Assembly: GCA_036785375.1 (NCBI GenBank)
Contig: JAWMAR010000216.1
Location: 2,852,001 to 2,916,000 of the forward strand
Direction: 5' to 3'
DNA: 64,000 nt
Origin: Leucoraja ocellata
Taxonomy: Eukaryota
Below, piece by piece: positions 1 through 11,900 of the stretch (its first letter is position 1; each line of letters begins with the position of its first letter). The notes under the pieces are model-generated. The model had not been told where the DNA came from. It worked only from the letters and a program-made list of their open reading frames with translations, and did not search any database. A program made the position numbers and the translations under genes.

Positions 1-597
1 GCGGCCATTAAAGCCACGCCGGGTGATGCAAGGTCACACACCGGGTCTTGATGTTGGAGCCCCCGGCGTGCGCTCGCAGAGTCCCGCGGCCATTCCAAGC
101 CGCGCGGGGCGGTGCTGTAAGGCCCCGCTCCAGGAGCTCTTCGACCCCGCAACTCGGGTGGGAGAAATCGCGTTGCGGGAGCCCTGAAAAGCAGTCTTCC
201 TCCAGTGACCCGCGGGCTCCTGGTGCCGCCATCCGCCAGACCCGCAGTTGCAGCCTCTGAATCTCCGGAGGTCGGGCCGCAGCAGCAGCAGCGCTCCACC
301 ACCGCTCCACCCGCTCCGGACTCGGCCAGCTCCGCGACGGTGAGGTGAGTCGTCAGCACCAGAACCCCCGGTCTTCTCCTGTTGGAGGCCGCTCCTCGTT
401 GCAGCCCCAACGACAACGGAGACCCGACAAAGAAAAGGTCGGGTCTCCCGTGCAGGGAGAGATTAAAAGTTACCCCCTCCCTCCCACCCCACCCCCAAAA
501 AAAATAACAAAAACTACATAAAAACATAGACAAAAAATAATAAAAAATGCAGACGGGCTGCAGAGGCCACTGCTGACGAGAGTCGCGCTGCCTACCA
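1..597 (-). mobile_element. CpG-rich non-coding interspersed repeat, copy A (3' part cut by the window edge)
   Basis: Colinear with 2810-3430, e.g. gcggccattaa-gcc-cgccgggtgatgcaag, ccaccgctcc-cccgctccggactcg, ctgcagaggcc-ctgc. Confidence 0.85.
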
Positions 598-2554
598 CAA
601 TTAAGAATCATCTTGAAAAACTAAATTGAAAACTTGAAAAACCCAGGTTTGTTAGTGGGCCATTAACAGTTACAATTTATAGCTGAACACATCAAAGATC
701 ACTTGCTTGAAATATTAACCGCATTCCTGTCTATTGAGGCTGCATAATCAGCTGAGAATATCCAGCTCTTTTTTAAAACGACAGACTTTTTAAACCAGTA
801 TTTTTGTTTTTGTACAAATCCTATGACGCATGTAGGAGCGAAACAAAAGATAATATTTTTGCAGCATTTATTCAAAAGTGTAAGAAATCTTATGTGAAGT
901 ATTTTAATGGCACATATAGTTTCAACGACATTGACTACTTCCTTAGTCCAGACATGTAAGTTTAATTAGAGTTGATATAAACATGTACATCAACATCAAT
1001 ATCATAGATTTTGGTGTAACGTGCCACAACCTTTGCCATAGATTACTATTTCTACAACTTCGATGACAGTGAAATGAGTTTGTGCTATCACTCTGGTTTA
1101 ACTGGTTTAAACTGTCATACAGATAATCAAATTAGCTAAACTTCAATCATTACAGACTATATTGATGTAATGGTGTGAATTAAGAAATAAACAATGCCAA
1201 CTCTGATAGATTTATTTAAACACAATAGAACCTGCAGTCCCCAACTTTCATAGACATATACTCTTGCTCCATGCAGCAATTTGTTTACAAAAGTTAAATT
1301 GGCCCGTTGCCTTCCCTTTTTTAAAAGCTGATTTTTACATTGTCTCATTTTCAAACTGGATATTGACTTAGAACAGTGTTCACTAGTAATGTTTGATGAT
1401 CACTTTTGGCTGAATTTAAAAGATTAGAATTCCTTAAGAGAAATTAGTCCTAAAAACCCCATTAAGGCAATGATTGTTTCATTCTTTTCTGTTTTCACCT
1501 TTATCCTGATTACATGATCATGCTACTCCTAAAGATAATTCATCCAATCTTCAACATGTATCCAATTTCACATTATGCCCTCTATTTGAGGGAGCCTTAA
1601 ACTTAGGTTAGGCTTCTGACTAGACTCCAGCGCCTAAAACTTAATTTCACACATGGGTTTTAGAGTATCTCAAAAGGTGACAATGGCACAGCAGAGGCAA
1701 AAATCGGATGCCTATAAGGTATGTTATAAATGGTAAAGAGTTTCTAGCTGACTATCCAGAAAAGGAATCTTTTCTGCGATATTCCTTGTGCATTCTGAGG
1801 GAATACTTGCTAAAGCATCAGGACTCTCTTCTATTAAGGAGAACACCCATTATAACTTCCCTGCAGAGATCCAAGTTGAAATGCTTTGATTAAGACAATT
1901 TTGATTTGCAACATGTTATAAGATTGTCTCCTAGTTTATGTTGTATTTTTACAAGGAAATAACTGGGAGTTAACAGGGAAACTAGGGCCATGCAAGAATT
2001 CAAAGGAATGCCAAAACTGATTGGGTAGCTACATAGCCCAGCTGAGACTGGACATAAGGATCTATCAGAAGGCTGCACAGGTTTGTATCAGGTACTGGTA
2101 AAATGGTGCTTTAACCCTATTCCACAATAGTCTTTCAAAGTGGAAACTTTCATAAACTATATTCCCTAACAAATGTATTCACTGTATCAAACTTTCCAAG
2201 TTGTTATCTCCAGTTATAGTGTGAAAGAAAATTAATAGATAAACAGATGCAATGTAAGTAGTAACAGCATTGAAAATAATCCAGGGTTAATTTTCAGATT
2301 TGCCTGAGTGGAGAAGGACAATAATTTACAAGTATATCTTCTATCTTTCGAGAACAAACTTAAATCAACTATATTACTTTGGCATGTTTAAAACTGGCAA
2401 AAAAAATGATAAAGGATAATCACTGAAGTTATTATAGCAGAAAACTGTTTGATACATTGTGAATGAGGAATAACATGTATTAGTACTCTCCCAAAATGCG
2501 CACATCATGAATTTTGGAATTAATGCTTCCAATAAACGTTTTTCCCACTAAATA

Positions 2555-3299
2555 TTACAATACAATACAATACAATTTATTTGTCACTTGAACCTCATAG
2601 AGGCTCAAGTGAAATGTTGTTTCTGCAGTCATACATACAAGAAAAAAAAGACCCAAGACACAACACAATTTACACAGACATCCATCACAGCGCATCTCCA
2701 CCTCGCTGTGATGGAAGGCAAAAAAAACGTATCTCTCCCCTGCACTTCCCTCTCCCCCCGATGTCAGAGTCAAAGTCAGAGCCCTCGGCAGGCGATAACA
2801 ATTTGTCCCGCGGCCATTAACGCCGCGCCGGGTGATGCAAGCCCACGCCCCGGGTCTTGTTGTTGGAGCCCCGGGCGGGCGATGGCAAAGTCCCGCAGTC
2901 GTTGAAGCCACGCCGGGCGATGATGTAAGGCCCAGCTCCAGGTCATTCTCGACCCCGCTACTCGGGCGGGTGAAGTCGCCGTTGCGGAAGCCCCGAAAAG
3001 CGGTCTCCCAGCAGGGACCCGCGGGCTCCCGATATCACTGTCTGCCAGACCTGCGGTAAGCCTCCGAATCTCCGGGGTCGGGTCGCAGCAGCGCGCCACC
3101 ACCGCTCCTCCCGCTCCGGACTCGTCCAGCTCCGTGATGGTGAGTAGGTCCGCAGCTCCGTGACTGGAGCCCCAGGACATTCCTGCTGGAGGCCGCTCCA
3201 CGTTGCAGCCCCAACGGCAACGGAGACCCGACAAGGAAAAGTCGGGTTCTCCGTGCAGGGGAAAAATTTTAAAAGTTTCCCCCCCCACCCCCCGCCCAC

Positions 3300-3336
<37 letters not shown>

Positions 3337-3430
3337 CATCAAAAAAAAAAAAAACTACATTAAAACGGGACAAAAAATAACAAAAAGACAGACGGACTGC
3401 AGAGGCCGCTGCGACGTGAGTCGCACCGCC
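2555..3430 (-). mobile_element. CpG-rich non-coding retroposon, copy B, with LINE-like 3' tail
   Basis: The minus strand ends in a stem-loop followed by gtgacaaataaa and (ttgta)n. The body is homologous to 1-597, with an internal (CA)n at 3301-3331. Confidence 0.85.
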
Positions 3431-5897
3431 CACAAAATCATTAATATATTGTTCCTTATTTCAATTTGAATATGTGGTGATCAGGCATTAGGTTGGACAG
3501 CATTTAAGTACTGCCAACAGTGTTGTATATTTATTTCTGGGTGCAGCACAGAGCTTTTAATCGATGTATTATAGATCAAATTCATAATCTTAACTTCTGA
3601 TTATTCAAATATATTAAATATTCATAGATAACAGTCCACATTTTTACATTTTCTCGACTTTCTTCTCTATTAATTATTCTGCCTGGAAGCTTTTCAGAGG
3701 AAAAGCAGCCATCAGCTTGACTGAACTTGACAAGCTGGCACGGCCCAATTACATTGCTGCTCAAAAAAGCTTTGATGTAGTGGAAGCGAAAAGAGATAGG
3801 GGCAAATTGTACAGCACATTATGTTAATGACTTGATTTAATACAAGCACTAAACTTTATGTAGACTGTTAAGGAAGATGCTAACACTAATTACACCACTT
3901 TGGTGAGGAAAGGAGTGGACAAGCATTTCATTCTGACAAAGTGCAGCTCATAAATGTTGTAAATGAAATGAAGTAATCTGTGTTTAATTATACATCACAG
4001 GCAGTAAAACTAGACAGGATCTATAGTGAAGCATGGTCCAGAAAACCTGTTGGATTTCTTTTTGATCAAAACATCTAAAGAATAATTCTGAAGTTTGATA
4101 TGCCGGTGGTATAATATTGTAATTGGCACAGCACTTTAATTACTTAACACTTAACATGAACATAGTTGTATTTAAAATTCAATCAGTATGCATTACAAAT
4201 TACCATATATTTGAGGATCAGCTGAGTTACTATGTAATTAGATCTACTGGGTTCAACACCTTAAGCATTCCTGGAGGTGTGTATTTTCATTATCTTGCCG
4301 TCAACAGGAGAACATAGTTTTTAATCCTATAATTACACTTACTATCTGCCAGGATTTTGTCTTGCCCTCTCTTACTTTCCTAAGTTTACAAACTAGTCCA
4401 TTGAAGGTGCAGTCACCCTAATTATATAAATGCTGTATTTCCACTTTAAATAGTAAATCTGAATACATTTCAAACTCAAAATTAAAAAGAATTACCACTC
4501 AAGGCGTAAATTTCAGCTTTGTAATTTTCTATTTTGCTACTAGCAGATTGAGTGTCAATAATTGGGGACGTTTATCCAATTCCTTTTCAAGTTAAAATGC
4601 TTTGCAGGTATAGTGACATGCTATTGATTTTTCTTTGCTACCGAGTAACCGTGGCAAATGCTACTTAGTAATTATTCATTTCCTAAATGTCATAAATTCA
4701 CATATTTTAATGTAGAATTTGAAATTAATTTTTTTATATGAATTCTTCCAGTTAAAAAGGTATCTGTGCCATTACTTGAAATTAGTGATGGGATCTCTTT
4801 ACGATCTGTAGACAGCGAATCACCCATGGACAATTGCTTAATGTAGATGGACACATAATGAGATGTTAGACATACTTTACTTAAGGACTGGACAGGGATT
4901 GAAAGCCAATCAGGAATGGTTATTGACCCAAAGTAGCTGGTAATACTACTTAATGCTAGAAATGCAAGATCATATAAGAGAAAAGAACATAATTGAAAAA
5001 TCATGGTTCAAATGACCTTCTGCACTTAGCCTTGATAAATGAATCGATCAGATGTTTTCAATAGAGGCAACGTAATGTACTGAGATATGTTCTGTAACTG
5101 ATAGCTCAATAAGCCATTAATGTATACAGAGAGCATTAGAGGTCAATTTCAGTAAGACCTTTTCATTGATATTGAGTTCCTGCAGCTGAATATTTATTTT
5201 AGCCATCATATCATAGCATCATATTTGACTGTCAAAAGCAGAACCCTACCCATATCAAATCAATTTTCAGTACAAAAAAAAACAAAGTAGGAAGTTGTTC
5301 ACTTTACAAAATAAAAATCTTTTCAGCAACTTTGACCCTACTTTCTTTGCAAGATGCAAACACGTACGTTACTATTCTTTCAAAGTAAGGCTACAAAGTC
5401 AGGCTCGGAAGCAGCACCAGGATTCGAACTAAAAAAAGGATCAAATTTTGCTGACAGCTAAACCAGCAGTCATTAATCATTATGTTACTATTAATCCAAA
5501 CCCTCAATGTTGTACTTGGGTCTATGAAGCTGAGACATGTCATTACAAATCCACAGGATTGCAGCGCAACTGTTGGAGGAGGTAGAATAATTTTAAATTT
5601 GAAGACAGGCTAATGTTAACATGAATGAGAATATCAACAACGCTACACTTTCTGTGCATCTTTACACTGGATCAAAACGTATGATGTCGTTAGCATTGCA
5701 TTTTAATGCCGTTATATTTCCTTCCCCTTGTCATTTTACGTCACCTGACTCACTGCTTCCCTTGATCAGCCATAAAGATTTTCAAGAAACAATCCATTGC
5801 TGTTAAATGATCCGTTCAATATATCTCATTCAAACAATATATTGCCTTGCATTAGAATTGTTTGCTATAGTTCACAGGATGAAATGAATAGACTAAC

Positions 5898-5977
5898 CTG
5901 TTTTATACAACCTGGCTCCAAGCCTGCGACAATACAATCATCACTGTCCGTTATTGATTCCTCACCATCGTAAACAA
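5898..5977 (-). CDS. RPGRIP1L: RPGRIP1L exon 22 equivalent, 80 bp
   Basis: ctctcctag|TTGTTTAC...AAACAG|gttagt; [27 protein letters not shown] versus human SDSDDCIIPGPISKNIKQ. Confidence 0.92.
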
Positions 5978-8900
5978 CTAGGAGAGATAGAAAACCACTG
6001 CTGAAAACAATTACACTGATGGTCACTCAGAGATTTATAGGAGGAACAGATGTTTACAGAATAGTGATAAGATGATTGTTTAACAGTAAGTGAGCAATCA
6101 AATAACATCATAAAAAGTTATTTCTAATACAAATGATATGTTTTTCAAACTACAAAGAATAAGCAAAACAGTTACATAAATGATGGGTAACTATCTCAGT
6201 AAATCACGTTAGATTTATATATGGCTTTTAGGTTTGTATATCTGCAAAAATGTCTATTAAATCCAACAGCTTTATCAGATACATTTGTTTTCTAGCATTG
6301 ACAGATTGGAACATTCGAGCACGTAATAAGGAATATATGAAACATATATTATGGTTAAGAACAGCTGACTGAAACAATGAAATAATAAAATCAGTATACT
6401 ACAGGTCCACTACCGATTTTCCGGTAACTGGTGGTCCGCACCTCCTTAAATCCGGACAAAATGACGAGAGCACACTGGAAATCTGCACAGGGCAAGTCCC
6501 CCTGAAAATGTGGCGCCTCGGGCAGTGAGGCAGCCAATCTCATCTCGACCTCATCTGGACTTCTGTGCCTTTTGGTGGGTGGATTTTGCCCCCTGCGGCC
6601 GGGGCTCTGGAACTCCGGCCCAGCCGGAGCCGGTGGATCCGTTCCCATAGCCGAGTTCCAAGGCCGACTTTGCGGGCCCCTTGGCGGCCAAGGAGGTCCG
6701 TTCCGGTACCGTTGGACTCCCCCTGGAGACCGTGACCTCTGTTAGACTGGGAAAACTGATAATCCAGCAACCAAGAGTGCCGGAAAATTGGTGGAGTGAA
6801 TCTTATTTATAAAAAAACAGCGTTTATACAATATTATATCCATTCCCATTCAAGGAGTGTAATAGTTTGTCAATTCAAGGGACCAAAAGAAAATCAACCT
6901 AATTTACATATATGCTTTATAATACGCTATTCCATCCATCAGGATGGGACCCTCCACTAAAGAAAATGATTCAATGCATTACTGAATAAAAACCAAAGCA
7001 TTGGCATTTCTGCACAACAATTCTTTGGGGTGTGTGGGCAAGTTCAGCAACTGATGTTGTTCAGGTGGAAAGATTGCAAAGAAGATTTACAAGGACTCGA
7101 GGGCCTGAGCTATGGGGAGAGTTTGGGCAGGCAAGGGCGTTATTCAGGAGGCTGAGGGGTGATCTTATGGAGGTGTATAAGATTATTAGGGGAATGGTGA
7201 ATGCAAAGTCATCATACCCAGAGAAGGGGAATCGAGAACCAGAGGACATAGGTTTAAGGTGAAAGTAGAAAGAGTTAATAGGAACCTGAAGAGCAACTTT
7301 TTCACACAAAGGCTAATAGGTATAAGCAATGAGCTGCCAGAGGAGGTAATTCTGGAAAGTACCATAAAGACATTTCAAATTCCTTTGGACAGGTAAATGG
7401 ATAGGAAAGGTTTAGGGGGATATAGGGCAAACGCGGGCAGGTGGAACTAGTCTACATGGGGCTTCTTGGTCGGCATGGGCAAGTTTGGGCGAAGAGTCTG
7501 TTTCAGTGCTGTATGTCTCTGTGACTATAACTGGTTCCCATTGCTAGTTGCCTCGGTCTAAAAAGGATTCAGTAGTTTGTAAGCCATAAGAGTGCTGATG
7601 ATAGACAGACATATTGGTAGTGGCCTGGTATTACTTTCCAGGTCAGATTGGTGAACACTGCAGGTTTCTCTTCCTTTAAAGACTAGGGAGACTGATAAAC
7701 TGCATATGAGTGGTAATTGTATGCTCAAACATGCTCTAGGGTCATTGTGAATTAATTATTTCAAGACATTTTTGGAAGCTTTGTTAGCATGTAGAATTAG
7801 ATTATCATATCTAAATAAGCCTTGGGCAGGAAATCATTTCTTTTTGTTTACCTACATAAAGTTAAACTAATTCTTTTCCTTCTTCTTTCATAATTCTTGA
7901 AATTTGAGGAACTATTAAAAAATCGTTGATTAACCCTTTGCCCCATATAATTGGTAAGGAATTGTAGAAAGTTGATGCTTCACCTCTGAACTCCATGAGA
8001 GAATAGAAGACATGAATAGATGAGGTACATGAATTGGAAAGGTTTAGGGGGATATGGGGCAACGCAGGCAGGTGGGACTAGCATAGATGGGCATCTTGGT
8101 TGGCATGGGCAAGTTGGGGCCGAAGGGCCTGTTTTCGTGCTGATTGACTCTATCTGACACCCAAGGAAATCATGATGAAACTCATCCCAAGAATTTTACG
8201 TCTTTCACATTTGTGCACATTGCGTGGAAGTCCCAGGTTTTCAAACTGTAACACTGGGTTATGCCAACAGATCCATGTGGAAATACCAGCACTGAGTGTT
8301 AAGTTTCCCCAAGTTTCTTAGAGCTTGACAGGGAAACCAAGTTGAAAGCACAAGCTACACTGATGATATTGAAGACCTGATGAGCAAGTCTGCCAGAAAA
8401 TAATAAACACTCATATCCGCTTCCTTGAGTGGCTTTGAAAAGTTTATTTCTATTTACTTTTCAGGATATGAACATCACTGGCGAGGCCCATATTGATTGC
8501 ACATACCGGACTGCTGGAGTCCTTCTTGTTCTTGCTCAATATTATTGAACAGGAAATTCCAGAATTTGAACTCAACGACAAAGAAGGAAGAGTGATGTGT
8601 TTCCAAGGTGGACCTCTGACCTTCTCTTGCAACTACAGTATTAATGGCTGATCCAGTTGAGTGAATCTTACGATTTGAAGGTGAAATTCGCAATGATGTC
8701 AATGGCAGTTGTTTGACTCTTCTTGGGAATGGTCACTCCAAGATAATTGAATGGTGCACTGTTACTTACTAATCACCAGCCTGTGCATGAAAAATATCTT
8801 GGTCTTTCTGCATGCAGGCAAAGATCCTGCTGTTAATGGAAATGGAGTTATTCAATCATTAGCAAAAAATGGCAACTGTTAGAAGGAAGGTCATTGGTAC

Positions 8901-11900
8901 AGTTAGTTGATGGATAATGCTCACAGTGCTGTAGCCATGAAGGTGAACAGAATAAGGTGGCTTTTACACAACTGCAAAGTGCGGGGATCAGCAGGGAGTT
9001 ACAGTTTGCAGGAAATCTTACCTAAAGGTCGCATTTCCATTACATATTGAACGCCAGCGTCTGAGGTTGCTCAGGATTTTGTGACGGGTGTTGGCAGACA
9101 GTTGCAGCTTACTTGTGCAAGACCTGATTTTTGTTGGCCTTTGCTTTAGCAAATGACCATCATCTTCAACTACTCTGCCCTAGGGATCTTTTCAGGAACT
9201 CAACCAGAGATCAGGATAGACATAAAAAGCTGGATAGACACAAAAAGCTGCAGTGTCTGGAGAAAATAAATAGTTGACGTTTTGGGTCGAGTCCTTTCTT
9301 CTGACTTAGAGGCAGGGGAGAGGGAAACAAGAGGTATGAAAAGGTACATAGAACAAATTAAAGAAGATCTGTAAATTGGGTGTGCATGATGCAACAGGCA
9401 GGTGTCTGATACCTCAGAGTATCTGTTTACACCAGTTTTGCAAATGTGAATAGATATAAATAAGTTATTTTATATTCACACCATTAAAGGCACAAACTGT
9501 TATGTGGAATCCCGTAAATAATCTGCAAATAAGATTAATATTAATATTTACCTTGGCCGGGTTCAGGAGCATCTTGTTTTTCAATTGATTCTGAAGCAGC
9601 TGTACTAAGTTCTGATGAAATGTCAGGGCTCCTTGGTTCACTTTCTGGGGCCGGCTCATCTTCCATTTCTGTGCCTGTGACAACCTGTGTTTTTAACGTG
9701 TTATTAATTACAGATAATATTCAGAACAAAACTAAATCATTACAGCAATTATGTCAGGTTTCAGAAAATTAAAAGTTTTAAGTTGCACTTGAAATGTAAC
9801 AAAAAGTTTTTTTTTTGTTTATGCAGTATAGATTATTTTCTACATTTAAATTAAACCAAAAATTAAACAATATATTAAAAGTCACATGCTCTGTAATTGG
9901 TGTATTTAAGTTACCAAATTACTGATTATAAGACTCAGCCAAGCAATGATATTGTTACTTTAAGGTAAGCCGAAATTCACTGATATAGCCGAGGTTCTCA
10001 ATCAATATTTTCCATCTTAACCTAGGCAAAGAAGTTATCACAGTGTCCATGCAGCAACAAAAGACCTTGGTGTGCATAGATCTTTGGAAGTACCAGGACA
10101 AGGTTAGACGTCAAAAAAATGTGGCATGGAGTAATGAACCATGAAAGTTATGATCAATTTTAACAAATCACTAGATCATTGATGCCACAATCCTCTCCAC
10201 AATTTAGAAAGAATATTAAGACGTCAGAGAGCTAATAATTACTGAGAATGTTTCAGAGAGGAGAGATTTACCAAACTGCAACTGCATATATCAATAAGGA
10301 CACATAAGTTGCATGTACACTGCTTTGTAAACTAAATTAGTCTCCCTCTGCAATGAATGAAAGTTTTAATCTCATCTTGTCAGAGTTTGCATGGATGACA
10401 GCATTTTTCATGGTATAGAGTCCAAGCATGACTGTACACAGATCAGTTTACAAAAAGGAATATTCTTTATTCTGACAGTAGTTATGATTCCATTATCCAG
10501 CAGCAATCCTCTGTGTTGCCTTTAGGTGAACCATTGCAACAGGTCAACTCACAGCAAATAAGGTATATTTCCGATGTCATGTTTAATGATCCTAAATCTA
10601 GAATCCATAAGCACCTGCACAACAGGCTTCAAACTGCTACAGTTATAGTCGACAACACATCTACTGTATTCCCTACCAGTTTCTGCAAACCCGAGTCACT
10701 CTAGAGAAAACCTACAGTACTCCGCTAAGCTAGTATTAGGTCTGCATCAAATCATAAAATGGTAACAGCACACAACAGCAGTCCATGAGAGCACCATTGT
10801 CAGGTACATTCCTGAGCTCTTTCCCTATAGCACTGCATTTTTCTTTTCTTTTCAAGTCCTAATCCAATTCAATTTTGAAAGCCTCAATTGAATTTGCCTC
10901 CACCACTTTATCAGACAATGCATTCCAGATGCTAACTACGTGTAGTGTAAAATTATTATATTTAATTCTTTTGACAATCACAAATGTTCTTGCTCTGGTT
11001 CTTTATCTTTCAACCAATGGGAACTAATTTTTCTCCATCTATTCTGTCTAGGTCCCTCATTATGTTGACCTCTATCATATATTCATTCAATCTTCTCTGT
11101 TGTAAGAATAATCCCAGAGTCTCCATCATGTGATCAGTACACATTGCGGTTCTGTTGTCAAATGAGAAGTAACAAAACGTTTAAACAAGATAATGGCTTT
11201 TTTTTTCCAAGTGCACACCATACGATTCCAATTGTGCACCTTAATCAAATTATTGACGTCATTCATTATTTATGAATATACCTGGAGAAAAAACATTGTT
11301 TTAAGAGGCCTTGTTAGAGGGTTATAGGATGAATTTGGCATTAACAATTCGCCCTACACTCCAATTCCAAGCTTTTAAGACCCGACTGTGATTTAGTCTA
11401 ACCTGTGAGATGACAGTTGTTTATGCCAAACACAATTTCCTCCATACATTAGATTTAAATCCAAATAGCTGCTATATTGAGGAAAGATCTTCGGTGTGAA
11501 AAAAAACAGACCTTAAAGCTCCTATTTACTCATGCAAAAAAAGATTCATGGCATTATCTTGAGCGCTTTGCAGGTACTTGAGATAGACTGAGGTAACCTC
11601 ACAGCCATCGTTACTGGGACAATGACCAGGCATTCCTGGAGGATACTCAAAAACTGGTGCTACGTCTCTTGTATATACTAATTAAGGGCTTGATATCCAT
11701 TTAAGAACCTTTCTAAACATTTCAGCTCAGGTTGCTCTGGTTTTCTGACTCAACTGAAGTTCATTAAACTAAATATCACAAATAAATATTTCCTCCTTTG
11801 AACCCCATTATGCAGTAACAATAACAACAGTATTCATGGCTACACAACATTCATGAACATCAGTTCCAGTCCAAATTCACCATCACACCACCTTTTCCCC

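Noticed and set aside
1890-2078. cag|PSDRS.. resembling the start of the next conserved RPGRIP1L exon (PSEKIRIEII..)
   Set aside because: Similarity stops after 3-4 residues; the real exon probably lies left of the window.
4690-5004. 104-aa ORF containing DRKEIP
   Set aside because: Chance resemblance to a human linker peptide; wrong position (after exon 22) and no other support.
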